From a virus, in IMG/VR virus record IMGVR_UViG_3300050821_004255, positions 1 through 64,000 of that record: a stretch of 64,000 nucleotides of DNA; one strand, written 5' to 3'. Positions 38,693 through 48,143 of the stretch are shown piece after piece. Position 1 is the stretch's first letter, and every line of letters begins with the position of its first letter. A program made the position numbers and the translations under genes. The notes beneath the pieces were generated by a model, which worked only from the letters and a program-made list of their open reading frames with translations, had not been told where the DNA came from and did no database searches.

Positions 38693-38710
38693 ACATCTTG
38701 ATGCAGACGT
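38693..38710. repeat. 18-bp dispersed palindrome, copy 9
   Basis: ACATCTTGATGCAGACGT filling most of a 29-bp intergenic gap. Confidence 0.92.
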
Positions 38711-38718
38711 AAGCTAAA

Positions 38719-41163
38719 ATGGCAGCAACTCCAGGCACTGGCCAATATCTTCCAGCACAAGTCCAAGGCGAACAGGTACCGGACACGCAGATCCAGACGC
38801 AAGGGCCTTTCTCCCAAGCGCTAGCATACCCACAGGTGCAGCCAGCCCCTCCGCATCCAGGCGGCTTCACTGCGGGGCCAGGAGCGGCCTTGCTGACGTT
38901 TGCTAATAACTTCCTCCACGGCGCTTCCGAAGGCAGGTTGCGGCAGTTTCAGATGTCCGAACAGGCCAAAAAAGAGCATGAGCGCAACTACGACGCGACG
39001 GTTCAGCATATCCAGGACAGTCCTAACTACACGCGAGAGTTCAAAGAGCAAACAATGCAGGACGCGCTAGCGGCGAAAGCTGGCGCAGCCCAAGCCGTCC
39101 TAGGCAAGCCGGGGAAGAGCGATCATCCCCTGAAGTCTCTAGCCAGCGGGATCTTTACAAGCATCGTAGGGCCAGCCGGGAACCCGAACCATGTGGATAT
39201 CGGGCCGGATCATGTCTCTGATCTGATCACCAAGATGCACGATCCGACCAACCAGTTCGATTTGCCAAGCACGCTCACAAATGCGCGGTCGCAACTGGCT
39301 GACGTCATCAAGAGCAAGACCGATGCAGCCGCGAGAACTGGAGCACAGATAAACCAGCGCGATCTGATCAACGACCCAGACATCATCAAGACGCTTGCGC
39401 CTTTACAGCGCCAAGGATATGACTCATCTGGCTTGCTATCCCAAGCATTGGCCGGGGTAGCTCCAGTATTGCCGCCTGTACAGCAGGCTCAGCTCGCAGC
39501 GGCCAAGGCACGGCAGACCATGTACGAAGGCCGCCAAAACCAGCCTGTGACATTCGTCAAGAAGAACGGTGAACAGTTCTCGGCAACGCTCGGAGCCGAC
39601 AAGAAATACTATTACCCAGGCACTACGACGCCCGTTCCGGAAGGCGATATGATTGGCGCTTCTATGGCGAATATGGCACCAATGGTGACGACTGGGACGC
39701 GCCTAACTACTGATGCCAATGGCAATATCATCGAGCTTCCGACCCAAACCATTCGAGGTCGCGGAGCCGTTCCAGCGACGACACCGCCGCCACCCACTAC
39801 GCCTGCTGCGGGCACAGAGCCGCCCCCGGTAGCCGCGCCTGGCGCTACAAATCAGACTCCAGCGCCAGCGGCTCTTCAAATTCCAGAATTCGCACCGGGC
39901 CAGCCGAATCGCCAGCAATTGGCGTTCTTGAACAATAACCCAGGCAACTTGGAGTTTCGCGGCCAGCCAGGGGCTGTTATGGGAGACGACGGCAGATTCG
40001 CAAAATTCACCAAGCCCGAAGATGGCTATAACGCCCTCGTCTCTCAGATTCAATTGGATCAGTCGCGACCCGACATGACGCTTGGCAGCTACATCAGCAA
40101 GTTCGCACCACCCGGAGGTCGCGATAAGAACGATACGGGCGGATACGTTAAGGACGCTTCGAAGGCCTTGGGTGTAGATGCAGCAACGCCATTGGCCCAG
40201 GTCGATCCACACAGGCTAGCGCAGTTCCAGGCGCAGGAAGAGAGTGGTTCAAAGGTTGCGGGAGCCACAGCAACCCAACCACCGCCAGCCGCTGGTGGCC
40301 CGAAGATTGTCGGCCACAAGCCGAGTACGTCTGCGGCACCATTGACCGATGAACAGATCCGACAGAAAGCGGCCGACGATCCCTCGCTCGATTTCGATGC
40401 TTGGACATACATGCTGGAGAAAAAGTTCAACGTCCGTGGTATCGGAAAAGGCGCTACCGAAGGCGCAGAACAGATCAAAAAACGAGCCGGCCAGATCATG
40501 AAGGACTTCGATCTCAACCCGGCAGAACTATTCTCGCGAGGTGCAGACTTGAAAGCTTCTGTGCCGGCACTAACGAAAGTCACGACTAACGCCGCGCTTA
40601 TTGAAGGCTTCGAGGGAACGCTACAGAAGAATGCAGAAGTCGCGAAGAAATTGTCGGAAGCTTATTCGCGTGGCAATTTCCCACTAATTAACAACGTTGT
40701 GAATGCGTTTAAGACAGGCACCGGAGATTCGGAAGCGCTAAATCTCGCAGGCCAGCTTCATGTAATGTCGCGAGAGTGGGCGAAGATCATGGCTGGAGCG
40801 GTGTCTTCGAACGGCGTGCCAATCAGGGAAGCGGAACAGACAGACGCCCTAATAGCCAAAGGCATTTCTGACGGCCAATTGAATTCGTTGATTGACAACG
40901 TGATCATTCCAGACGCCAGAAACCGAACATCTGCAAACAACGAAGAAAAGCAAAAGCTGCGAGATTCCATCGCTGCACTTACCGGAAAGGGCGGCAAAGG
41001 TTCCACGCCGCCGCCGCCGAATGCTGCGCCTCCTCCTATGCCGGGAAGGCCGACGCAAGCCGACATTGGCAAAGTCTTTCTATCTCCCACGAAGGGTCGC
41101 GTTAAGTTGCTCGCGGTCGATCCGGCGAACCCAGATCACGTCATGACACAGGCGGTCCAATAA
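38719..41163 (+). CDS. Ejection protein with lysozyme-like (NNPGN) domain
   Basis: NNNPGNLEF...RFAKF..PEDGYNAL...TL..YISKFAPP...NDT..Y...ESG. Confidence 0.7.
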   Translation: MAATPGTGQYLPAQVQGEQVPDTQIQTQGPFSQALAYPQVQPAPPHPGGFTAGPGAALLTFANNFLHGASEGRLRQFQMSEQAKKEHERNYDATVQHIQDSPNYTREFKEQTMQDALAAKAGAAQAVLGKPGKSDHPLKSLASGIFTSIVGPAGNPNHVDIGPDHVSDLITKMHDPTNQFDLPSTLTNARSQLADVIKSKTDAAARTGAQINQRDLINDPDIIKTLAPLQRQGYDSSGLLSQALAGVAPVLPPVQQAQLAAAKARQTMYEGRQNQPVTFVKKNGEQFSATLGADKKYYYPGTTTPVPEGDMIGASMANMAPMVTTGTRLTTDANGNIIELPTQTIRGRGAVPATTPPPPTTPAAGTEPPPVAAPGATNQTPAPAALQIPEFAPGQPNRQQLAFLNNNPGNLEFRGQPGAVMGDDGRFAKFTKPEDGYNALVSQIQLDQSRPDMTLGSYISKFAPPGGRDKNDTGGYVKDASKALGVDAATPLAQVDPHRLAQFQAQEESGSKVAGATATQPPPAAGGPKIVGHKPSTSAAPLTDEQIRQKAADDPSLDFDAWTYMLEKKFNVRGIGKGATEGAEQIKKRAGQIMKDFDLNPAELFSRGADLKASVPALTKVTTNAALIEGFEGTLQKNAEVAKKLSEAYSRGNFPLINNVVNAFKTGTGDSEALNLAGQLHVMSREWAKIMAGAVSSNGVPIREAEQTDALIAKGISDGQLNSLIDNVIIPDARNRTSANNEEKQKLRDSIAALTGKGGKGSTPPPPNAAPPPMPGRPTQADIGKVFLSPTKGRVKLLAVDPANPDHVMTQAVQ

Positions 41164-41164
41164 T

Positions 41165-41626
41165 ATGAAGGGCAACGAGGCGGTAATCGCATCACTCAAA
41201 GAGGCCGCTGCTATAGAGGCTGCGCTGGCGACTCAGTACAGGCTCGATAAGCGGCAGCTAAAGAGATGGGGATTGAGTGGAATCGCAAAGAAAATTGGCG
41301 GCTTTTACGACGACGCCGAAGATTGGCTGAACTGGTTTGTGGACCGTCTCCTGTTATTCAACCAAAAGGGAGATTATGCTGGCGGTCGGGCAGTAAACCG
41401 ATCGACAGTGGCAGACACGTTGCAGAAGGCTCTCGATGCCGAAGAAGCGCTCCAGAAGCGATTCAATGAGATGGCGATAGAAGCCATGAAGGCCTCGGAC
41501 GATAATACGCGCAATCATTTGGAGCATGCGATCAAGGCGCACGAAGATCATATCGAGTGGCTAGAAAGGCAGCTAGCCCTGATTGCAACGCTTGGCCTGA
41601 AAGAATATATCGCCGAGCACATTTAA
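41165..41626 (+). CDS. bfr: Bacterioferritin-like protein with altered metal ligands
   Basis: MKGNEAVIASL...E....QY......WGL...DRLL...EDHIEWLERQLALI..LGLKEYI is colinear with bacterioferritin. Confidence 0.8.
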   Translation: MKGNEAVIASLKEAAAIEAALATQYRLDKRQLKRWGLSGIAKKIGGFYDDAEDWLNWFVDRLLLFNQKGDYAGGRAVNRSTVADTLQKALDAEEALQKRFNEMAIEAMKASDDNTRNHLEHAIKAHEDHIEWLERQLALIATLGLKEYIAEHI

Positions 41627-41643
41627 CATCTTGATCCAGACGT
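41626..41643. repeat. 18-bp dispersed palindrome, copy 10
   Basis: ACATCTTGATCCAGACGT between stop (41626) and next ATG (41647). Confidence 0.95.
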
Positions 41644-41646
41644 GAA

Positions 41647-44600
41647 ATGCCAGAAGCAATTCTTTCCGCGAGCCCCCCGACATTGGGGCCGTACGACACA
41701 AAGCTACCCCCAGCCGAAGAGCAGAAATTTCAGACATGGAAAGCCAAGAATGCGCCCACAGATTCTGGCGCTGATTATGACCTCCGTGGGGCATACAAAG
41801 CGGGACTCAATCCAGCCGCGAATGGTCATTGGCCGGATACTTATAAAAAGCCCAATCATCCGACATTTTCCAATGAATCTATTTATGCCACTTCCGACGC
41901 CCCACGTTGGCAGGGTAACGTGCTGGTTGATAAGAGCGGTAAGATCGTTGCAGATGAAAGTGGCGCTAGCCCAACAGCGAAAGTAGCTCCCATGGCCGAG
42001 CCAACAATAACGCCAGCGCCTCCAGCCGCCCCGCAGTGGGAAAGCCTTAGTGCCGATCATGGTGTCGCCACTGGAAGTGCTATGCCGCCAGCCGCTCCAC
42101 AGTGGGAGAGCTTGAGCGGTGACCATGGCGTTAAGTCGGGGACCCTTCCGCCACCAGCCACTGATCGGATGGCCCTATCCAGCGGCACGATCAAGCCCGA
42201 AGATACGATGAATCCCGGTGCTAACCAGTGGCTGAAAGAGCACTACCCAAGAGTCTATTCGGGACTTGAGAGCATCCTTACCCTACCAGACCGTGGAATC
42301 GAGCAGTTAGGCCGCGCTGCCGCGCCTGGGCGCAGCAAAGCAGAACGAACAGCAGACGCAATCGAAGGCGCATCGACACTGGCTTCGCCATTGCTTTTGA
42401 CGGTTCCTGGATCTGGTCATGTTGCGAGCGTAGCTACTGGCCTAGGGGCGGCAGCATTGGCGCAGCCTGCGGCTTCGAAGTTAGCCGAAAAGGCTGGAGC
42501 GAGCCCCACGACCCAACGGGCGGTTGGAGACGTAGCAGGGCTGGCGGCCGGCATTGGAGGTGGAGCGGTAGTCGGAGCATTACGCGGAGCGGGAACGGCG
42601 AACCCCTTTGCGCTTAATAGAACGAACGTTGAATCTACGGCCGTAAAGGCCCTTAATCCTCCGGCCGCTGACAGCAACTTTATTGATGTCGCCCGTCCCG
42701 TTCGCGATGATATCGCGACCCACGGCGGAAGGGTGATAACTTCGAATGAAGACCTGATCCCGGCCGCACAAAAAGCCATCGCTCATCATCAGGATGCTCT
42801 CGAAGCCTGGATGGATCGCGGGCGGCAACAGGGTCTTACGATTCCAACACAGGCTTTAGTTGACGCTACGCGGCAGGCTATTCCTAGGACGATGATCCGA
42901 GAAGACCCTGCTGGAGCGGCTTCAATTATCAAACAGGCAGAAGATGCCTACGGGAACGGCAGTACGGAAACCGTCGATGGATTACGGCAAATCATCAAGG
43001 AGAAAAACGCCGAACTAAAGTCATTCTACGATCAAAAAACCGGAAAACAAACAGCGACAATCATAGCGGGTAAGCCGATGGCGATGATCGAAGCTCAAAT
43101 CGCAGCGGCTAGAGATGCTCTTTATAATGCCCTAGACCCGGAAAATGGTGGTGCCGGTCCACGTGAGATACAGCGGCGCACCGGGGAAATCATGAACTGG
43201 CGCGATCTCGCCACCAATAATCGGAATTCCGTTACAGGAGAAAAGCCAGTAACCCCGTTGGCTGGCGCAGGAAAGAGCGCAGCGGCCCTAGCGGAACTTG
43301 TCGGCGCACCATTTCGCGGAGATATAGTCGGTAGCCTCAACAAAGTTCGGCATCCGATTAAAGGCCCGACAGACGTTCACATCAAGAGGCTGTTTAGCGA
43401 TTTCGACCAAGCCGAGCCATTACCAATGCCGCCGCCGACCGCCGCCACCGCGCCGCCAGCGGGAACGCCGCCGCCCGTGGGAACTGAACCTCCTCCAGTG
43501 GGAACTGAACCTCCTCCAGTGGCATCTCGCCCCCCGATTAGTCCAGCCAATGAAGTCCAGCAGGCTATGGAAGGCGCAGCCCAAGACTTATACAAGAAAC
43601 GCTTCGACGATCTGAAGCCTGACGAGCGCACGAATGTCATTAACGAAGCCGCGAAGCAATTGCGAATGACAGTGCAAAGTCCCACGGAAGTGAGCGCCGA
43701 AGGTCCAGAGCAGCCCGTGCAAGAAGCCGCAAAAGCCGCTGGACAGATCGCCGCCAATCCACCAGAAGCCAAACCTGCTACAATGGCTTCAAATGCCCCA
43801 GCCGCCCAAGAATCAGGACCAGGAGCAAGCGGAGAAGGTCGCCCGGTTCAAGAGCCTGTTCGCGCAGGCGGCGAAAGCGCACCAGCGCCGCAAAGCAGTC
43901 GAACAGTTGTCAAAATCCCAGGCGAGCCTGGAGGCTACCAAGCCGATTACGAAGTACGTGAACTAGCCGACGTTCAGGGTTCCCACAACGGCCTGACTTT
44001 CCAGCCAAACCCAAAATTCGAGCACATCAACGAACGCGATTACGGAAATCCTGAAAATCAGGGCAAGATCCTGTCTGGCAGCTCCGAAGCACTCTTCGAT
44101 CCGGCTTACCATGTCACTGATAATCCCGATGCCGTCAACGGGCCGCTCGTGACAGACGCGAATCTTAATGTCCTAGGCGGCAACGGTCGCAAAGCCATTC
44201 TGGATCGGGTCTACGCATACAGCAAAAAAGGCGCAGATGCCTATCGGGCATTGCTGATGAAGAAGGCGGCGCAGTTCGGCATAGATCCGAAGACCGTCGA
44301 GGGCATGAAGCAACCGGTCCTGATACGCCGCATAGCCGACTCAGAATTCGAGAATGCCGCCGAGAAACAAGATGTCGTCGGCAAACTGAATCGAGTAGGC
44401 ACTCAGGTTCTCACGCCAGCAGAGCGAGCGATTGCCGATTCGCGGCGTGTGTCCCCAGCGACACTCGAAAGCATTGCCGGTAGACTAGAAGATGCCGGCG
44501 AAGGCGCTGGCCTAGCGGATGTCCTGAAAGGCCGCGACGGCACGGCGATCCTAAATAAGCTCATCGAAGATGGAGTCGTGCCGGCCAACGAGCGCGCTGG

Positions 44601-46200
44601 CCTCGCCAAAGGCGATGAACTCACGCCAGCCGGCAAAGATCGCATCACGAAGTTGATGCTTGGGCGATTCTTCCGCGATCCGGCTCAACTAGATAATATC
44701 GCTCCGAGCATAAAGAATAAACTTGGCCGAGTGATGGCTCCATTGGCTAGACTCGAAGCAAATGAGCCATGGTCACTCACGCCAAAGATCCAGGAAGCTA
44801 TGGATTTACTGGAAGAAGCGCGGTCTCGCGGAGTCAAGAATATCGACGATGTGCTCAATCAGAAAGGCCTGTTGGGCGATCAGGCTTACTCTCCTGACGC
44901 CGTAGCGCTGGCAAAGACTCTTCAAAAGGGCGATGCCGGTCGCCTAAAAGAGGCTTTCGGAAATTATGCCGACAAGGCCGCTTATGCCGCGCAGTATCAA
45001 GGCCCTGGCATGTTCAATGAATTCCCGCCGCCGTCAGAACCGGGGCCGGCGTTTCAGGAAGCGCTTACGACGGCCAATCAGAAGCCAGCGCCTAAAGCTG
45101 CCAAACCACCGGAGTCTATGCCAGCGGCAATGCTTCAGCGATCGCTAGGCCCACCGACTCCCGGCATGACACAGGATCTATTTGGTTCACAGACTGGCGA
45201 ACTGTCAGAAGCCCAGGCCCACGCCGAAGCCGCTGCAAAAGAGAAGCTCTCGGGCGATCAGCTTGCCGCTGAATTCAATAGCCCAATCAGCGCCGCCAAT
45301 CGGCGCACGAAACTGAAGCCTGGAGCCAAGCCAGTTCAAGAGAGTATGTTCGGGAAGCCCACCGAGCCGCCGCCGCAGACTGATTTTGATTTCCAAAAGG
45401 AACTTGTGGACAAGGGCGTCAAGCAAGACTTCAGCCAGCCATTCGATCCGAAAGATCAAGGTGGTTCCCTCATGCGTTCAACGTATCGAGTCTACCCCGA
45501 GACCGATAAGCTACCGGCGCGGTTCTACGTTGACGAAACTGGCGCGGCATTGTTCCAGCACATCATGGAGGAGGTGGAGGGCCGGAAATTCCCCGCTGGC
45601 GGATCGGTAAAGGGCATGCAGATCAATACCAACGTCGTGCCTCACATGCTGACAGAGTTAGCCAAGAAGCCGATGCTGCCGGAAATGCGCGCCAAGCTTA
45701 CCGACATGGCGAAAGATCTTGAGAACGCCTATATCAGCAATTCCAAGGGCGTCATGATCGTTCGGGCGAAGTCCGGAACACCAATCGCGGATATCAAGGG
45801 AACCGTCTACCACGAAGCTGCTCATCAAGCCCAAGATGTCGTTGCCGGCCCAAGAATGCAGGCGCTATTCCATTACGACACCCAAGTCGCCGATATTCCG
45901 AACTACGCCAAAGCCGTTCGGGAACTGGAACGACGCGGCTACGATCCGGCCAAGAAAGACGTCATGGTCAAAGAGATATTGTCTAGCGCCGCGACCAATG
46001 GCTACAATCCAGGCACCGGCCTCAACGAAGTTGGCCTCACAAGATCCCAAATGGCCGACACCGTGGCTTCTATCATGGACAAGGCAGTTGCGGCTAGGGG
46101 AGAAAACGCTTATGCTTTAATTAGCCATGCAAGCCCCTCATTCCGAGCCACAGTCATGAGCAAGATGAAAGCCGCAACAGCGGCTGGAGCCGCGAAGTGA
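41647..46200 (+). CDS. Large polyvalent (probably ejected) protein: ddrB-like ParB domain and C-terminal HExxH metallopeptidase motif
   Basis: YEVRELADVQGSH...NP....NERDY...NGP......VLGGNGR (ParB/Srx-like); YHEAAH near the C-terminus; Pro-rich linkers. Confidence 0.75.
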   Translation: MPEAILSASPPTLGPYDTKLPPAEEQKFQTWKAKNAPTDSGADYDLRGAYKAGLNPAANGHWPDTYKKPNHPTFSNESIYATSDAPRWQGNVLVDKSGKIVADESGASPTAKVAPMAEPTITPAPPAAPQWESLSADHGVATGSAMPPAAPQWESLSGDHGVKSGTLPPPATDRMALSSGTIKPEDTMNPGANQWLKEHYPRVYSGLESILTLPDRGIEQLGRAAAPGRSKAERTADAIEGASTLASPLLLTVPGSGHVASVATGLGAAALAQPAASKLAEKAGASPTTQRAVGDVAGLAAGIGGGAVVGALRGAGTANPFALNRTNVESTAVKALNPPAADSNFIDVARPVRDDIATHGGRVITSNEDLIPAAQKAIAHHQDALEAWMDRGRQQGLTIPTQALVDATRQAIPRTMIREDPAGAASIIKQAEDAYGNGSTETVDGLRQIIKEKNAELKSFYDQKTGKQTATIIAGKPMAMIEAQIAAARDALYNALDPENGGAGPREIQRRTGEIMNWRDLATNNRNSVTGEKPVTPLAGAGKSAAALAELVGAPFRGDIVGSLNKVRHPIKGPTDVHIKRLFSDFDQAEPLPMPPPTAATAPPAGTPPPVGTEPPPVGTEPPPVASRPPISPANEVQQAMEGAAQDLYKKRFDDLKPDERTNVINEAAKQLRMTVQSPTEVSAEGPEQPVQEAAKAAGQIAANPPEAKPATMASNAPAAQESGPGASGEGRPVQEPVRAGGESAPAPQSSRTVVKIPGEPGGYQADYEVRELADVQGSHNGLTFQPNPKFEHINERDYGNPENQGKILSGSSEALFDPAYHVTDNPDAVNGPLVTDANLNVLGGNGRKAILDRVYAYSKKGADAYRALLMKKAAQFGIDPKTVEGMKQPVLIRRIADSEFENAAEKQDVVGKLNRVGTQVLTPAERAIADSRRVSPATLESIAGRLEDAGEGAGLADVLKGRDGTAILNKLIEDGVVPANERAGLAKGDELTPAGKDRITKLMLGRFFRDPAQLDNIAPSIKNKLGRVMAPLARLEANEPWSLTPKIQEAMDLLEEARSRGVKNIDDVLNQKGLLGDQAYSPDAVALAKTLQKGDAGRLKEAFGNYADKAAYAAQYQGPGMFNEFPPPSEPGPAFQEALTTANQKPAPKAAKPPESMPAAMLQRSLGPPTPGMTQDLFGSQTGELSEAQAHAEAAAKEKLSGDQLAAEFNSPISAANRRTKLKPGAKPVQESMFGKPTEPPPQTDFDFQKELVDKGVKQDFSQPFDPKDQGGSLMRSTYRVYPETDKLPARFYVDETGAALFQHIMEEVEGRKFPAGGSVKGMQINTNVVPHMLTELAKKPMLPEMRAKLTDMAKDLENAYISNSKGVMIVRAKSGTPIADIKGTVYHEAAHQAQDVVAGPRMQALFHYDTQVADIPNYAKAVRELERRGYDPAKKDVMVKEILSSAATNGYNPGTGLNEVGLTRSQMADTVASIMDKAVAARGENAYALISHASPSFRATVMSKMKAATAAGAAK
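43477..43522 (+). repeat. 21-bp tandem repeat encoding VGTEPPP
   Basis: GTGGGAACTGAACCTCCTCCA x2. Confidence 0.9.
43793..43966 (+). CDS. Candidate nested +1-frame ORF (57 aa)
   Basis: TGcTACAAT extended -10 at 43776-43784, ATG 8 nt later; MPQPPKNQDQEQAEKVARFKSLFAQAAKAHQRRKAVEQL... Confidence 0.4.
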   Translation: MPQPPKNQDQEQAEKVARFKSLFAQAAKAHQRRKAVEQLSKSQASLEATKPITKYVN

Positions 46201-46418
46201 GCGACATCCCCAGAATCGAGCGCGGCAGCTTGCTGGACGTCTCAACTCACGGCCCAAATGTGGCAGTCGTGAAAGCCCACAAGTGGAATAAAGTCCTCGA
46301 AGCCCATCGCTCCGGCGATCGAGAAGCTTTCAAAGAAGCCTTCAATGATCACGCCAACTATGTCACTAAGCACCCTGCCGGAACACAGCCGCCACCCATC
46401 GCACAAAAGGAGAATTGA
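46197..46418 (+). CDS. Small hypothetical protein
   Basis: GTGA-coupled to the polyvalent gene. Confidence 0.6.
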   Translation: MSDIPRIERGSLLDVSTHGPNVAVVKAHKWNKVLEAHRSGDREAFKEAFNDHANYVTKHPAGTQPPPIAQKEN

Positions 46419-46421
46419 TCA

Positions 46422-46625
46422 ATGGCTCAAGATAAAACGAACTACCAAAGACCAGCCAAAGTAGGCCCAGGCCCAAAGGGCAGTGTTAGCCAATTTGCAT
46501 TGCCAAATCCCAAGCAAGAAGCAGCTATCGCCGCAGCTATGAAGGGGAAGAATGCCACAGTAGGTGGGTCAAAAATCCCTGTGCATCGGCAATCCAATCT
46601 GGCGAAGTCGAACGTTGGGCGCTAG
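46422..46625 (+). CDS. Small basic protein
   Basis: AAGGAG RBS. Confidence 0.6.
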   Translation: MAQDKTNYQRPAKVGPGPKGSVSQFALPNPKQEAAIAAAMKGKNATVGGSKIPVHRQSNLAKSNVGR

Positions 46626-47347
46626 ATCTGGACGCAAACAGTAGGCTCTTCATCACTACCGCCCGCTTCTAGAAATAGGCAACTCTCGCGCCCTTTTAGC
46701 CGTACTCCCCGACCAGCCGCCTTCTCGCGCTCGACTACCTCTTTGACTTCCTGAAGTTTCTCTGGTGATCTCCACATCAGTGCGCGGATCATAGCTTCTG
46801 GCAGTTGCGCCTTTGCATCGGCCTCGACCATATCAACGATCTGCGCTGCTAAGTCTTTTTTCAGTTCCTTCACGCCATCATCCGGTGCGCCTTTCATCAT
46901 TTCCACCCAGATCTCGAAAGACCGCCAGACGAGATAGGGCACGCCAGCGTCATTCTGCAATGTGTGAAGAAGCTTCGGAGCAAATTCCCGCAATTGCTTG
47001 ACAGGAGCGTTGAGCATGGGCGATAGGCACTCTTCCACGGAGGCTTCGACCGCATCGGCTGCGTCTTTCGTGTGGGCAACCGCCAAGCCGACGATCATTT
47101 TATGCCAGCGGACAACCATTAACTCGATATCCATAAACGTTCTCTTTTTGCGCGTCTTGCAGACTGTCGTGCTGTACCAGCACAAGACACCAAGCTCTTT
47201 CATTAAGGCTGCGGAGGATTTATTCTTTCTAGGCTTCCCCATGCCAGTCTGGTAGAAATACTTGGGGATTTCGTAGGATGAAATGAGAAGCTCTCGGATG
47301 CCGATACTGGAAACTTCTTCTACGGCTTTCTTGAACTCTTCTGTCAT
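46622..47347 (-). CDS. Hypothetical protein
   Basis: 241-aa ORF. Confidence 0.6.
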   Translation of the reverse strand: MTEEFKKAVEEVSSIGIRELLISSYEIPKYFYQTGMGKPRKNKSSAALMKELGVLCWYSTTVCKTRKKRTFMDIELMVVRWHKMIVGLAVAHTKDAADAVEASVEECLSPMLNAPVKQLREFAPKLLHTLQNDAGVPYLVWRSFEIWVEMMKGAPDDGVKELKKDLAAQIVDMVEADAKAQLPEAMIRALMWRSPEKLQEVKEVVEREKAAGRGVRLKGRESCLFLEAGGSDEEPTVCVQI

Positions 47348-47357
47348 CTCGCCATCG

Positions 47358-47813
47358 CTAGTTCACCATCACGCTTCCCGTGTCAATCGGTGGCGCTTGC
47401 GCCTGCCTAGCTTCATGCGCCAACCACATCTCCCGCGCCGTCAAAAGTGCCGCACCGATGCTCTTGGATGCCACCTGTTCGCACTGGAATGGGCTTAGCG
47501 CCATCAGGCTGACATAATGCTTTAAGCGCCAGAGCGCCGGTTTCTTTTTGAAAGTGAAGATTGCGGCGGTAATGGCGTGATCGGGCGGCATATTCAGGTA
47601 AAACGTATAAGCTTTGGCGTCAGCATTAAACGCTTTGGGCCGAGTCCGCGCCGGCGTATTCTCACCCGTGCGCTGAAAGAACAGCGGCACGGCTTCAACA
47701 AACGCCGAATAGAGCGCCGCGTAGTGCTCATTAGCTTCGCGTTCGGCTAGTTCCTGAGCTGCTACCAAGAAAGCCGAAATCTCCTCGATCAGTGCGCCAT
47801 CTTTCGGTCCCAT
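47358..47813 (-). CDS. Hypothetical protein
   Basis: AAGGAG RBS, 151 aa. Confidence 0.6.
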   Translation of the reverse strand: MGPKDGALIEEISAFLVAAQELAEREANEHYAALYSAFVEAVPLFFQRTGENTPARTRPKAFNADAKAYTFYLNMPPDHAITAAIFTFKKKPALWRLKHYVSLMALSPFQCEQVASKSIGAALLTAREMWLAHEARQAQAPPIDTGSVMVN

Positions 47814-47894
47814 ACTTCTCCTTTCGCTTTTGCTTCAGCTTCGCGGCGATCAACCGACTACGCTTGCGGTTTTTCTGTTTGGCTGGTATAGGAT

Positions 47895-48107
47895 CTAATC
47901 GGTATGGATCTCATAGTAAAACGGGGCTGGCGAGAAGCCATCTGGATTGCCGCCGCTAGCACGGATACACCTGTCCCATTCCTCATGCGTAGCTTCACGA
48001 ACGATAAAAACCGGCTGCGGAGGACGGCTCACTCCAAATTCGTCAGTAATGCTGATTGGTAGTACAGCCTGTCCAACTTGATATTCTGTGCCTGAGGCAA
48101 AAATCAT
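47895..48107 (-). CDS. Small hypothetical protein
   Basis: GGAG RBS, 70 aa. Confidence 0.55.
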   Translation of the reverse strand: MIFASGTEYQVGQAVLPISITDEFGVSRPPQPVFIVREATHEEWDRCIRASGGNPDGFSPAPFYYEIHTD

Positions 48108-48125
48108 AAAAACTCCAATTGGCCT

Positions 48126-48143
48126 ACGTCTGCATCAAGATGT
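48126..48143. repeat. 18-bp dispersed palindrome, copy 11
   Basis: ACGTCTGCATCAAGATGT overlapping the glycosyltransferase stop. Confidence 0.92.
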
